Of a stretch of 64,000 bases of DNA, positions 48,311-60,982 are shown piece after piece. The stretch comes from Lama guanicoe (Eukaryota), in the NCBI GenBank assembly GCA_013239625.1, contig MU054001.1:5443078-5507077 (forward strand), read 5' to 3'. Each line of letters opens with the position of its first letter. Positions within the stretch are counted from its first letter, which is position 1. Position numbers and translations under genes: made by a program. The notes beneath the pieces were generated by a model that saw nothing but the letters and a program-made list of their open reading frames with translations, made no database searches and had not been told where the DNA came from.

Positions 48311-48531
48311 CTGTGTGAGGTGATGGATGTGTTAGTTAACTTGATAGGGGTAATCATCTCCCATTTCACAATGTACACATACATTGAATCATTACGTTGT
48401 AAATCATTTTAAAAAATCACATTGCACAACTTAAATATATACAATTTTTATTTGTCCATCACAGCTCAATAAAGCTAGGGGAATGAAAGAACTAAAAACA
48501 TGCTATCTTTCATAAAGGAAAATAAATAAAC
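48311..48531 (+). mobile_element. L1MB-like 3' end with extra tail
   Basis: 'tgtgaggtgatggatgtgttagttaacttgat...atatatacaatttttatttgtc...ctcaataaagct'; flanking repeat caaaaagcta (48301-48310, 48532-48541). Confidence 0.82.
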
Positions 48532-50029
48532 CAAAAAGCTATTTTTATCATTAAAGTTTAATGACTGGTTGCAATTATCGCTGTTTGTTTTGGAGTCCTC
48601 CTTTAATCACTCTTCTGAGTTCAAACCAATCACCCACATAGTTTTCCCAGAAAGCCTTACTGTTCACAGTATCCCCTAGAACTGAGGTCCTTCTAATCCC
48701 CAGATACCCTGGAGCTTCCCAGGTGTCAAGATATCTGCTCATCTTCCCAAGCCAGTGGGGCTCGCTGTGTTGGGAGCCACATGCTGTGTTCTACCCACCT
48801 TTAGAGCATTTGGTTATTTCAACTTGGCCACTTAGAACTGAGAACTTCAATTGAGTCAGACTAGTAAAGATTGGTGGTTGAGCTCCCAGAATACCATGAT
48901 TTTTCCTGTCCAGTTAAACCTTCTTCATTAGGAAGGCCCACCTTGGGCATCATACCCAGCTCCAATTATTTTAAAAGGCATTGTGGTGAATGAGGTCAAT
49001 GCAGTATTCGAGGGTGCTGAGCTCTCCTTTACATTCTCCTAGGGGCCCAAAGAATGAGCTGTGAACTCTCAATGAAGCAAGAGGCTGTGATCAGTCCTAA
49101 GAAAGAGTCACCAGGGAAATGTATCTTTTAAAAGGAAAAGGAGGGAAATGGTGCCCTCCCCTCTTCCTTGGAGACCTTCAACGAGAATTGGGCGTGTCAG
49201 ATTTCCATGTGCTAAAGGAAGGGCTGGTACCACTGATCTCTGTAGGTCCTTCCCAGTTCCAGGGTTCTAAACGGCTTCTCTTCCGCTACCCTGCTTTCCC
49301 TCAGGTTCTGCGCATGAAGAGGATAACACTTCTTGCTCTCTAGCCTGATCGGGCACCCAGCCCATCCTCTATCTGATTCAGCTGATCCTTCTGCAAAGTT
49401 GAACCCTCCCAACCTTGGCTAGCTGCTGCCATGGCTATGGAGGGGACAGGAATGCCTTGCCTCTCAAATACCAAATTCTAGGTTCATTTATTCAATCAAG
49501 CAATGTTTCCTAAGTTCCTGTGCTGTGTCTGGTGCCTTGCAGGCATCAGAATTTCCAGAATGAAACTTCCATTAATGCTACCCTCAAAGATTTCATAACC
49601 TAGTAGATTTAGAGGTTTCACTGTTTACACGCCGATTTATGTGACTATGAATGTATAGACGCATTTTGATTTTAATCATTCCTGATGGAAACCTTTCTAA
49701 GATTCATATAGATGTCACTATCTTTTAAATGGAGCAGGTAGCTTAGCACAGTCTACCTTTTGCCCGAAGCTCCAAGGCTGTGATTGCATGCCCCAAAAGC
49801 TATATGACCCAGTGAAGCAGAGCAGCCCTCCACAGTCCCAACTGTGATTTTTACTGTACTCTTATTGTTCCTTTCTCTGTTGCACTCACAAGCAGCAAGA
49901 TTCTGCCTGCTCCCAACAAGCCACGATGTTCAGCAAGCACGTGTAATGAGGCAGCATCTTGACAGCAAGTCTTCCTCATCCTCTGGCTCTCCAGACGTGC
50001 CCTGGATACCCTCCTGTATCCATGGCCTC

Positions 50030-50185
50030 TGGGCAGTGGGGACTATAATTATTCCCATTTTATAGGTGAGGAATTGAATCTCAGGTAAGTTAAGTGACTT
50101 TCCTGAGGTCACCGTAGCAGAACCAGAACTCAAACCTAGACTGACTGATTCCCAGGATCAAAGCCCTGTCCACTCTGCTATACTA
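50030..50185 (-). mobile_element. MIR SINE
   Basis: 'attcccattttataggtgaggaattgaatctcagg...ttaagtgactttcctgaggtcac'. Confidence 0.85.
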
Positions 50186-50619
50186 CTGGGAGCCCATCAC
50201 CTCAGCTGAGATGATCAGAGAGCTGTTTGGCTGTATCTGAATCTAGATGGTTATAAGCTTTAAAACAATCGTGCTTGGATACCCCACAGGTATTTCCTGA
50301 GTCTATAGTGCTGTCAGGGATGTGAAAGAGCATATCAAGCCCTTGAGAAGCCCACAGTCTGCCTGGAAACAAGGGCAGGAAGCAGCAATGGGACATCACC
50401 AGGCAGCCCATAAGGCAAGTGCTGGAAGAGTTCAGAATAAATGGTTTGGCAGAGCAACCTCAACTCTAGGTTCTGCTGTCTACCAGGGGTATGCTGTCAG
50501 CCCCAAATCAGAACACCTAAAAGAGGAGTGGGAGGTATGAGTTCCCTGTCACTGGGGCTGTTCCTGCAGGGAGAGGGGTCCGAGGCTGTGCAGAGACAGG
50601 ATATATGGCTCCAAAGTTT

Positions 50620-50935
50620 CTTGCATCCATTCAATAAATGTCAGTTGAACATTTGTAACATGCAAGGCCCTGTACTAGTCTGAATACAACAGGTAAAGCC
50701 TTAGGGAGCTTGCATTCTAGTGAGGGAGGCAGCCAACAATGAAACAAACCAGATAATTAGAGACAGAAGCAACTGGGAATTAGCTACTTCAGATAGCAAT
50801 GTTGGGGGTGGGGAGGAGGTCAGGGACAATCTTTCCACAGATGTGGCATGTGAGTGAGAACATGAAAGGATGAGGAGGAACCACATGGAGAGTGTTCCAA
50901 GCATATGGAAGAGTAAGTGAGAAGGCTCTGAGGTC
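50620..50935 (-). mobile_element. L2 3' end
   Basis: 'catccattcaataaatg...ggagcttgcattctagtgagggaggcag...gtcagggacaatcttt'. Confidence 0.78.
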
Positions 50936-51469
50936 CCCCAAGGCCCACTGGATGAAAGCTGTCTTCCCACCAGCAGGCTTTGCAGGGGGAGCTGCCCACG
51001 AGGAAGAAACGCTGACAAGAGGGCTGATGGAGAGTGATTAGACAGCTGTCTCTTGTGCAGCTTTGGTGTTAAGACCTGAGAAGGGAAGATGGAAGGAAAT
51101 GGAAGCTCTAGATAATCTGCTACAACTGGACGACTCTGAATATTTGATGATAAATGTTGATATAATAATTGATAATAATGATGACAAAAACGACCAAGAG
51201 ACCAGGCAGTCAAGGGGGCAATGCTGTCCTAGGCAAAAGTAGGTGGTCTTTTTCAGCCTCAAATAAAGGATATGCCTATGACACACCTGAGAAGCCCAGG
51301 GGCCAGTCTCACTGCCCACAGGCGGCCGGCCCCTCAGGTGTGAGGGCATTTCTGCTGGTGCTGAGTCACTGCTGGGGTCCCAGGCACTGTGACGCTCACA
51401 GGCTGCCCTATTGCTAGAGATGCATGCTGCAGTTGAGCCCTTGTGGCTGGTGGGTAACATGTCTGGGTA

Positions 51470-51600
51470 CCCCCTCAAATGTGAGCACCTTGAGAGCAGA
51501 ACAAGGTCTAAACCATCCTTGTGTTCCCAGCACCTGCCCTGGTGCCTGGTACATAGTACATGTTCAGTAAGTAGCAGCTGAAGGGAGGGAGAGAAAGATG
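51470..51600 (+). mobile_element. L2 3' end
   Basis: 'tgtgagcaccttgagagcagaac...tgttcccagcacctg...gtgcctggtacatagta'. Confidence 0.75.
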
Positions 51601-51854
51601 GAGGACTGGAGGGACAGAGGATAGATCCACTGCCCACCTCCAGTCAGGGCTCGGTACCTAACAGCCGTTCAGTAAATAACTGACTGATGTGCACAGGCAA
51701 ATGGTAGACTTCAATAAAGTACTCATTCTTGCTGGTGGTAGTTGGATTAGACTTTGAATAACCATTTCTGATTCTGCATGCCCCAGAACACCTCCCCTGA
51801 CATTCAGATCAAACAAAAGGGCTTTGCAAAAGCAGAAAGCAGAAGAACCACAAT

Positions 51855-52005
51855 TGAGGCCCAGGTCCAGCCACCTACCAGTTTTACGATCCTGGGCATA
51901 TTTTCACAAGTCTCTGTTTCCTACTATGGAAAGTGGGGACAGGTATGCCCATCCCAGAGAAGTGTGGTAGGAATAAAATTGGATACTATTTTTGAAAGCT
52001 CTTTG
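51855..52005 (+). mobile_element. MIR fragment
   Basis: 'ccaggtccagccacctaccag...cgatcctgggcata...tctgtttcctactatggaaagtgggg'. Confidence 0.55.
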
Positions 52006-52156
52006 GGGGTTTTGTTTATGTTTTTCAAATCAAAATGCATTTTCTGAGTACCTGCTGCATGTTCATCTTTGAGTGAGGACTGGAGAGAAACATAAGACAG
52101 TGCCTGCCCTGGGGGATCCCACAGCCCAGCAGTTAAGACAGACCCTGGAACCGGGA

Positions 52157-52598
52157 TGTGATTGCTAATTATATATGTCAGCGTGGCTGGGCCATGGTAC
52201 CCAGATATTTGGTCAAACATTATTCTGGATGTTTCTGTGATGGTGTTTTTTTGGATAAGATTAACAGTTAAATCAGTGGACTTTGAGTAAAGCAGATTGT
52301 GAAATGTGGGTGGCCCTCATCCAATCAGTTGAAGGCCTGAATAGAACAAAGACTGACCTTTTCTTGGGCAAAAAAGAATTCTGCCAGCAGAAGGCTTTTG
52401 GACTCAAATTACAACTCTTCCTTAAGACTCCAGAATTTCAGCCTACCTCATCAGATCTTGGACTTGACAAGACTCCATAATCATGTGAACCGATTCCAAT
52501 AAATAGATAAATAAATAAATAAATGTGTATATATATTTCTCTAAATAAATATGTGTGTATATATATATATATTTCCCTAGGGAACTCTGGTTAATACA
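52157..52598 (+). mobile_element. ERVL solo LTR (MLT2B-like)
   Basis: 'tgtgattgctaattatatatgtcagcgtggctgggccatggtacccagatatttggtcaaacat' to 'ggaactctggttaataca'. Confidence 0.9.
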
Positions 52599-54004
52599 AC
52601 AGACAATAGCACACTAATTGTCACCCTAAGAATGGTCCTTATGGATCCAATGGCACAGAAACTAGCAGCAACTGCTCCATCTACAGGAGTATGAAGGAAT
52701 GCTTCTTGATATTGGAGCAGGACCCTAGAGACTAATTTTCCATTAAGAGATGAGAAAAGCTCTCCCAAGCATCACTCAACAGGACCCTGCTCACTCCCTC
52801 TATTTCCTTAGCAGAGTATGGATTTTGATCTGATTCTGTCTCTGTTCTCTTTCCCAGGTCTTTCCAACCTCGTGTCTAGCTCAAGTGCCCAGCTGCGTGA
52901 CCTAGGCAAATCCTCTAACTTCTCTGAGCCTCAGTTTACTCCTTGCTAAAAGCCTACTTTGTGGGGCCTGAAAGGCACCTTATACACTTAAGGACCTTGT
53001 ATTTCTTGATTGTTATTAAAGTATCTGGTAGATTCATGCCCCAGTGAGTATCAGTAAGTTTCTTCAGATTTTTGTCCAAGGATGTAATGGGAAATGATTT
53101 GACATTACAGCATGCACTATTTAAGTTAGCTGTAAGAAAAGACAAATATTTAACAAAATTTAATAATCAAATATGGTGTTATAGAAGATTGTGGAATCTT
53201 ATATTCTGGAGTTTCAATAAAAACAGAGAAGCTCCTGGGACATCAGTGTGCAAGGGGCAGGAAGGTAGGAAAAAATGACATCTTGTATCACTCTGAGGGC
53301 GCAGTTGGATACAAAACCTAAATGTCTGGACCTAGAATTAGCATCAGAGGAAGGGCAAGTGGGCAGGCTATTCTCTGAGATGGGGAAAGTATTAACTATG
53401 GAAGGATGGGAGTCCTCTGACCCACTCTTCCTACTAAACAGAAGAGCAGGAGTTAACAGAGATGGCTTCTGCCTGGCCAGAGACCAGGGTCATCCTCGGA
53501 CACCAGGGATGGCCCTGCAGAGAGCCTCATGCAGTCATTAAATCTACAGAACCTGCCCACAGATTCGTCTTCAGAATCGGGGTGCTCCAGTCAAGGGCAC
53601 TAACTGGAGACCCATCCATAGCCTGATGCAGGCTGGCTACTCGGGGAATAAACCATGCTGGACCCAGGTTCTTTTTCAATAGCCAGTTTTATCATTCAAA
53701 GATGAAGGGAGAATGCCCCATGGACAGAAGAAACCAAATCCCTGCAGAATTCAAACAGCTGCTGCGTTCATTGAGAAGATAAAAAATATACCAGCACATA
53801 CCTTTTCCCTCTTATGGGGAGCAAGCTACTAACTGGACTACTCCAGGGATGTTCTTTACATCTCAGGCCAAATTAAAGTCTGGACACACATTAGGGAATT
53901 GAAACTTTCACACATCTAGAGCCTTAAACTGGGAAATTAGAAAAACAAGCCAAAATTTAAAAAGGATAGAAAGGCAAGCATTCATGCAAGTATTTAGAGC
54001 TCAG

Positions 54005-54250
54005 GGTGGTATTGTGGTAAGACCAAGGGCCTTGTGAGCCTGAGACCTGGATTTGAACTCTGGTTCTACCCCCTTATTAGTTTTGTCATCTTCTCTTTCC
54101 GTCCTTAACCTCTCTTTCCCTCACGTTCTTTGTCTATCAAATCTAGTGATACCTACTCTTCAACACTGGGAATATTAAAAAAAAATAGTATGTCAGTAGC
54201 TAGTGTGCCTGAGACATAGAGAGTTTCCAGTAAATAGTCACAGTTATTGT
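54005..54250 (+). mobile_element. MIR SINE
   Basis: 'gtggtaagacc...gacctggatttgaactctggttctacc...cttaacctctct'. Confidence 0.7.
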
Positions 54251-54254
54251 TAAT

Positions 54255-54860
54255 TCACCAGAAATGGTCCTTTATGCTCCAATTAAAACACACTGGATAA
54301 CTGTTTAGCAATCCAGACATAAACAGCAATGAGATTATAATCAAAGGAACAACACAGCATGCATTGTGTCGAACCTCTAATTCCATGCTACCATTTGGTT
54401 TAGAATTCAGCGTTTCCATCTTTATTTTATGCCCAATGCAGAAATGTCTCAAGTTTATTTACCAACTAGATGCTAATGTGCATTCGAAGGGAAATTAACC
54501 TCACCAGGATCCGACTACGGTTGTAAAATGTTAAATAACAAACCACTTAGTGAAAATTTTTTTTTGCTTTTAAACAAAGATGAGAGAGAGAGTGGAGTTC
54601 ATAAAATAAGTCAGTCAGATCTATCGTTTGCTCTCTTCAACACATCACTAAAATCGAGTGTCCCCCTCTGTCTTCATTTATCTTAAACTGAACTGAGGCT
54701 CCTAGCTCCTGGAAATGAGACCACAAATGATCAATTACATCTTAGTGCACAAAGTCAAAAGTTAAATGCATTATTGCTCACCACAGGCCCACCCTAACCT
54801 CAAGATTAATGCCATAAACAAAAAAGGAAATATATAGTTAAGCCTGTGAAGGTATCAGCT
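54255..54860. promoter_or_regulatory. Candidate enhancer-like island
   Basis: Non-repeat, AT-rich; CCAATTAA 54279-54286, ATCAAAG 54340-54346, GCCATAAACA 54811-54820; motif inference only. Confidence 0.3.
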
Positions 54861-55489
54861 CAAGTCTCCAAAGAATTACAAAAGGGACATGATGACCCCT
54901 ACTGGTAGGAAGAAGAACAGCCAGCCCGCTTTGGGCACCTGGAGAGCTGCAGGCGTCCAGGGTCCCACAGGAGCAGGTTTCAGACTGAGGCTCACATTGA
55001 GCAGGAGCATCTTCTCATGTAGGCCGGGGGTGCATTTATATGTGCAAAACAGAGTCTGAGTGAGAGGCAGTGTTTCCTTCCTGGCGTGAGGCCCCAAAGC
55101 TTGCTCCTTATGGACACAGATGGACTCGTCACTTCCAACTCTATCATGTCTGCCAAGGCTGGGTGGACGGCAGGGAGTACTGCCACCCACCATCCTCATC
55201 CCATACACGTCAGCCACTCCTGATCTCAAAGCCCAGAGCTCACTTTCCAACTTAGAGGCTCAAGGCCCCAGTTGCAGATCCCACTAGAAGGAGTCGTTTC
55301 ATGGGCAGTTGAGAGGAACACATCATTCCCTAAGTGCCCTAGAGAAGGGAAAACCTGTGATCCATTGAGCCAGTCTTGGACAATTGTGGAAGGGGCATCA
55401 GCAACAGGCAGAGTGGACGAAGCTGACAGTAGCCATCACCAGGACCACCTCAAAGGAACCACCTGCGGTAGTCCACAGTGCTCCTCCCC

Positions 55490-55772
55490 TAGTAGCCCTG
55501 GCTCCCTACTGTTTGGGTACACACTGGGAGGATGCTATCTGGCCCCCCTTGTGGTTGGATAGGACCTTGTGAATAGTTCCGGGCAACTCTCTGAGCAGAA
55601 GTCAGAATACTTAATCATAAGTGCAAGAATTTCCAGAGTTCTTTTATCCACAATGAGCACAGCTCCCCCAGACCCCAAACTGCAAGTGCATGGACCATAG
55701 CAGAAAAATAAAACTTGAGATTTGGGGGTTGTTCGTTATCCAGCATAACCTAGTCCGTTACGACTGACTTAT
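55490..55772 (+). mobile_element. MaLR LTR (MLT1I-like), internally deleted
   Basis: 'ctggccccccttgtggttgg', 'tgagatttgggggttgttcgttatccagcataacctag...gactga'. Confidence 0.7.
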
Positions 55773-55919
55773 CATCTGAGCTCACAGGTTGAGAACTTTC
55801 TACTCGGAACAATGTTGAAATCCAAAGAGGATCTGTGAGGCTGCTTCAGGTAAGCGGGGCTTAGCTGCTTCTTGAATTGATTGGAAAAAGAGTCAGACTG
55901 GTGCTGGTGTTGGTTGAGT

Positions 55920-56680
55920 AGGACACTTCCTGCCTTTTTCACATCTTGGCACATGTAGAAAATATTAATATATGTGTGGCACCCTGGGGTACACTGAAGG
56001 GAAATTGGGAATACCTGTATAGGATTTGATGAAAACATCATTTTATTTTCTTAATGTTATAGAATATTCAAAGATTATGTACTATTCAAAGATTTAGCGA
56101 ACATATTCACTATTAAATTTGACAAACCCTCCCTTTAAAATCCTTTTTAATGTTTTGATGGAGAAACTGGGGCTTGCTTTGGTGAATACAACTTTTTTGC
56201 ATTACATTTTATGCTTGAAATGGCCACACACAATTCTTGATAAAGACTTGTTAATGATAATCTCTTCAAATTCCTGGTATTCGCCCTCCATGAAAAAAAT
56301 GTATGCACAGGTGGTGATGAAATTTTTTAAGTAACTTTACAATAATTCCAAAATTGTTGAAATGACACAGAATCTTATGGCTTTTTAAAATTTTGTTGTT
56401 GTTTTGAGGGGGATAATTGGGTTTATTTATTTATTATTGTTATTTTTATTTAACTGACATACTGGGGATCGAACCCATGACCTCATGTATGCTAGGCATG
56501 CCCTCTCCCAGTAAGCTATACTCTCTCCCTCTCTTATGGCTCTTTTGAATGTTGAAATTTCTTGTAATAATGCAAACTGTTTTTAATTCAACTTTCTCAC
56601 ATTGAGCATTTCAAAAGTGATGAAATGCTAATATGCAAAACCCAAAACACATGAATTATTGGAGCTGTCACTCTGCATCT
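55920..56680 (-). mobile_element. hAT-Charlie transposon 3' part with transposase C-terminal relic
   Basis: Minus-strand 56157-56239 reads QELCVAISSIKCNAKKLYSPKQAPVSP, like the Charlie/Buster C-terminus; terminal 'cacttcctgcctttttcacatcttggcaca'. Confidence 0.65.
56387..56531 (-). mobile_element. tRNA-Ala-derived SINE (Vic-1-like, long tail)
   Basis: 'gggggataattgggtttatttatt...tactggggatcgaaccca...agctatactctc'; TSD tcttatggct(t/c)ttt at 56373 and 56532. Confidence 0.88.
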
Positions 56681-56894
56681 TCCTTGGACACTGTGAAGAG
56701 AGTTCATCAGCCACAAATGGACAGAAACAGCCAAGACATGGGATGTTTCTATGTCAAGGTTTCCACCTGAAGCTGTGCCATCATGGCAGCCCCTTCTTAA
56801 ACTCCTCATTGACACCCCATTCTTCTTATAAACTAAACTCCTCCCTGCCCAGCTGACAAGGTCCTCCATTCCCAACCCCAGGACCACACAAGCT

Positions 56895-57220
56895 ATTTGT
56901 TACCTCTGCCTTGAACATTCCTGCCCTCAGTTTTCACCCAGCTAACCTTTATTCATCCATCCAATTCCTCAGAATGCCTACTCTGACCCAGAATCAAAAT
57001 AAAGTCTCCCCATAATTATTGTTTTGCATTTCAGTACCTTTTACTTTTCCTTTGTGGCCCATATTACAATCATAAATAGATATTTATTTATGCGTATTTG
57101 TTTCCCACCAGACTGTAAACTCCATGAGGCCAGAGAGCGTGTCTTTTTTCTATCTACTACCGTGTTCCCGAGGACTGACACAGTCCCTATATCAATACAC
57201 ATTTGTTAAATGAATAAAGG
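56895..57220 (+). mobile_element. L2 3' end
   Basis: 'cccaccagactgtaaactccatgaggccagagag...atttgttaaatgaataaa'. Confidence 0.8.
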
Positions 57221-57741
57221 AATTTATCCAACAAGAGTGCACTTGGCCATGGAAATTCTACACAGCAAAGAGTCCACGTAAAATAATTGGAGAATGAATC
57301 TGTAAGAGCCTAAAATGATAATGTAAAAACACACTGGCCTACTTCCTCTCACCATGAACCCACCTCCCTAGCCCCTCTACCCTTCTGCCTTCCCTCATTC
57401 ACCATTAGCCCTTTCTGTTCCCAGATCTGTTGCTCTGGTGATCTGTGTTGCTCTCTTCTCTGTACCATTCACACATGGCATCTGGTACATAGGAAGTGCT
57501 CGTTAAATATGTACTGAATAGATGCTAGGATGGTTGGATGAACGGATGGCTCAATGATTTGATGGATGGATCATTCAATTAGATAAATGAGAGGATGGAT
57601 ACGGTACTCCCCGTCCTCCAACCCTTAGCATGGAGGAAATTTCTTCTTGTGACTTCAAAGATGCCCCCACCAAAATCTCTACCCTGTTGCTCCCCTAATC
57701 CAGTGGAAACAGAAATGGACACTCTCTTTGTAGTTAATTTA

Positions 57742-57833
57742 TTACCTTTTTAAATGGAGGTACTGGGGATTGAACCCAGGACCTCATTCATGCTAAGCAT
57801 GCGTTCTACCACTGAGCTATTTCCCTCCCTGCC
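57742..57833 (-). mobile_element. tRNA-Ala-derived SINE (Vic-1-like, short tail)
   Basis: 'aatggaggtactggggattgaacccaggacctcattcatgctaagcatgcgttctaccactgagctat'; 14-bp TSD ttgtagtta(a/g)ttta. Confidence 0.92.
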
Positions 57834-58329
57834 TTGTAGTTAGTTTAAAATCCAAATATGAATCTGGTCTGATGGGCCTGTGGCACTCCAGGCTCTGTCT
57901 GGGCAGCCTCTCCATTACTCCTAATGGCCAGCCTTGGAATGGAATTACTTCATTCTTCAGAGGAGAGCATGGGGAAGTTTTTCCCTCTCTGAACAGCAAG
58001 CACACACTGCAAAGACATTCTGCTTCTATAAATATGTTTTTCTAAATGTTGAAGGGTTAGAGCCATTTCCAAAGGTCTCTGCCTCGAAGGGGCCCTTAGA
58101 TGATATTTAATTGAAGTACTTTTTGCTTAGAGAAGTGAGGAAACCAAAATGTAAGAAGTGGAAATGCTTCTCGGTTTTATGTCAAAATACAGGCTTCTTA
58201 GATGAAATAATGGAAAGAGAATTTTCTGTTATTAAACTCGGCAAAATAAATATAAACAGCTCAACCAAGGAGACCACAAAGTACGTACAGGATTTCAGCA
58301 GGATGGTTGGAGGAAAAACAATCACCTTC

Positions 58330-58960
58330 TAAACTCTGTTTTCAAACCCTTAACAACTGTTGAGGGCACACTTGCTGACAGAAATCACTAGCAATCTCTC
58401 TCCATCTTTGGCATTCAAAAGTGAGCATTAAATACAAACATGTCTATGGCAAGTTTAAATATTAACTTCTTTCATAATATCCCTATGCTGTTTCCAGAGC
58501 AAATTCCTGTGAACAGATTGTTCCTTTGAATACTGAATTTTGTAAAGGTCGAAAAGAGATCACCTAAATGAAGCAAACTCTCTGACAAAAGGCAAATGAT
58601 CGATTGGTCACTTTGTATTTGTGAAAACATCTGAATGACAATCGGCATACTTTCAACCCAAGTCATATCAAGGAGCCAGCAATTAAATCCTTGCTCCGGT
58701 TCAATGTATTCAGAATATGCACGTAATTCTGAATTTGATGCGATGTTCTCTGAAGACAAAGAGAACTGGGCTGCTGGGTCAGCATTCACAGAATGCTAAA
58801 AAAAAAAAAAAAAGTGAATGCGTGAACTGGTTTTGATTACTGCATGGTCGAATTGGCTGCTCACAGTAGAACCTGGGCGCACTGTTCATTTAGACCACAG
58901 TGTGAATGGTGCCCCTAGATTCTGCAGTGAACAACCTGCACATCTGTACTTAGTGCAGTT
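58330..58960 (-). mobile_element. hAT-Tip100 (Zaphod/MER91-like) DNA transposon end and internal relic
   Basis: 'ctgcagtgaacaacctgcacatctgtac' (58922-58949) resembles the Tip100-group terminal motif; extent of the internal part uncertain. Confidence 0.5.
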
Positions 58961-59174
58961 TGTAAGTTGTACTGTTGTCTTTTGTTTGGCTACTTGGCAT
59001 GGAAATAGCCCTCCAAGTTGAGGGGAACCCAAACCATAGGAAGCCATTCCATTATGGTAGCTAAAGGGGATACATATTTCCCCTTCCCCAGGGCTTGGAT
59101 CTAGACCGGTTCAAAGTAAGCCAAAGTAAGCCAGTGCTCTAGCCCAGTCTAAATCTAAAAGCAGTCACACAAAA

Positions 59175-59299
59175 AGAAAACAAAAACATCAATTTGAAAA
59201 GATCTATGCACCCTGGTGTTCATATCAGAATTATTTACAATAGCCAAGACATAGAAGCAATCTAAGTGTCCATCAACAGATGAATGGTAAAGATGTGAT

Positions 59300-59348
<49 letters not shown>

Positions 59349-60390
59349 GGAATACTACTCAGCCATAAAAAAGAATAAAATAATGCCATTTGCAGCAACA
59401 TAGATGGAGCTGGAGATTGTCATACTAAGTGAAGTAAGTCAGAAAGAGAAAGAAAAATGCCATATGATATCGCTTATATGTGGAATCTAAAAAGGAGGGC
59501 ACAAATGAACTTATCTACAAAACAGAAACAGACTCACAGACATAGAGAACAAACTTATGGTTACCAGGGAGTAAAGGGGGTGGCAAGGGATAAATTGGGA
59601 ATTCAAAAATTGCACCTCCTGGGGAGTGACGGAAATGTTAGCTATCTTGACTGTAGTGGTGGTTTCATTACTGTATACATCTATCAAAATTTACCAAATT
59701 GTACATCTGAAATATATGTAGTTTACTGTACAGGAACCATACCATAGTAAAGTAGTTTTTAAAAAAAAGAATGAAATTTTGCCATTTGCAGCAACATGGG
59801 CAGACCTATAGATTATCATACTGAGTGAAGTAAGTCAGACAGAGAAAGACAAATCATATGATATCACTAATATATGGAATCTTAAAAAATGATACAAATT
59901 CTATTTATAAACCAAAAACAGACTCATTGACATAGAAAATAAACTATGGTTACCAAAGGGAAAAGGGCAGGGAGAGATAAATTAGGGGTTGGGGATTAAC
60001 AGACACACCTTACTATATATAAAATAGATAAACAAGGACCTGTTGTAGAACACAAGGAACTATATTCAATTTCTTGTAATAACATATAATGGAAACGAAT
60101 CTAAAAAGAAAGTATATATATATATATATATATATAACTAAATCACTTTGCTACACACCTGAAACTAACATTGTAAATCAACTACACTTCAATAAAAGTT
60201 TAAAAAATTGAAAATTAAAAAATAAATAAGCTGCAAGGATATATTATACAGCACAGAAAATATATCCAACATTTTATAATAACTATAAATGGAATATAAC
60301 CTTTAAAATTATGACTATTATGTTGTACACCTGAAACTTACTGTACATCAACTATACCTCAATTTTAAATAAATAAATAAGTAAGTAAAT
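59175..60390 (+). mobile_element. Compound of four head-to-tail L1 3'-end segments, (CA)n at ~59303-59346
   Basis: L1 ORF2 end/3'UTR 59175-~59612; old L1M tail ~59615-59765; second 3'UTR ~59762-60225; third tail ~60226-60390. Confidence 0.88.
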
Positions 60391-60445
60391 CAAGCCATGA
60401 CACAAAACTGCAGACTAAGTGGAAACCATCAAAGATAGCAGCACT

Positions 60446-60578
60446 AGGGAGAGGGTGCAGCTCAGTAGCAGAGTGCCTGTTTAGCATGCATAGGGTCCTG
60501 GGTTCAATCCTCAGTACTTCCATTTTAAATAAATAATAAACCTAATTACCTCCCCACAAAGAGAAAATGAATTTTAAA
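60446..60578 (+). mobile_element. tRNA-Ala-derived SINE (Vic-1-like, long tail)
   Basis: 'gggagagggtgcagctcagtagcagag...gggttcaatcctcagtac...aaacctaattacctcccc'; 15-bp TSD aaaga(t/c)agcagcact. Confidence 0.92.
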
Positions 60579-60599
60579 AAAGACAGCAGCACTGAAGTT

Positions 60600-60982
60600 G
60601 AGAGGCCAGCAGTGGGGTGGGGGGAGCAGGGATGCCACCGACCACTGCTCTGGGGTGACCACTGCTCTGAGGTGGCCCCTGCCTGGGTAAGGACATGTTG
60701 AGGTGCTGAATCTAGTCTGCACTTTGCTCATGAAGCTGGTCTTCTAGGATGCAGTGGCAAAGTAGGCTTCTTTTTCTAACCCACACAGAGGAAGAGCAGA
60801 GCTCTTAAACAGAGGTCCGGTGGAGGCACCAGCAGGACAAAATGGCTATGTCCTCAGCTACCCAGCCTCCCTCCATCCCTGGCCTCCCACCTTCCTGTCG
60901 ATCCCATGAGCTCCCCGTTATCCTCCTAACATGTCCGTTTTCTGCTTAAGGTCGCAGGAGTCCATTTCTGTTGTTTGCACCT
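60600..60982 (+). mobile_element. Degenerate ERVL/MaLR LTR (LTR33- or late-MLT1-like)
   Basis: 3' end 'ttttctgcttaaggtcgcaggagtccatttctgttgtttgca'; 5' boundary uncertain. Confidence 0.45.

Noticed and set aside
50701..51637. Longest ORFs (170 aa and 199 aa, minus strand)
   Set aside because: They overlap L2 remnants, have alternative start codons and no recognisable domain; consistent with chance.
58472..58789. 105-aa ORF with ordinary composition
   Set aside because: Lies in the putative hAT-Tip100 relic, starts at GTG and matches no protein I recognise.
60640..60674. 17-bp tandem duplication gaccactgctctg(g/a)ggt
   Set aside because: Only two copies and no spacers; ordinary slippage, not a CRISPR-like array.
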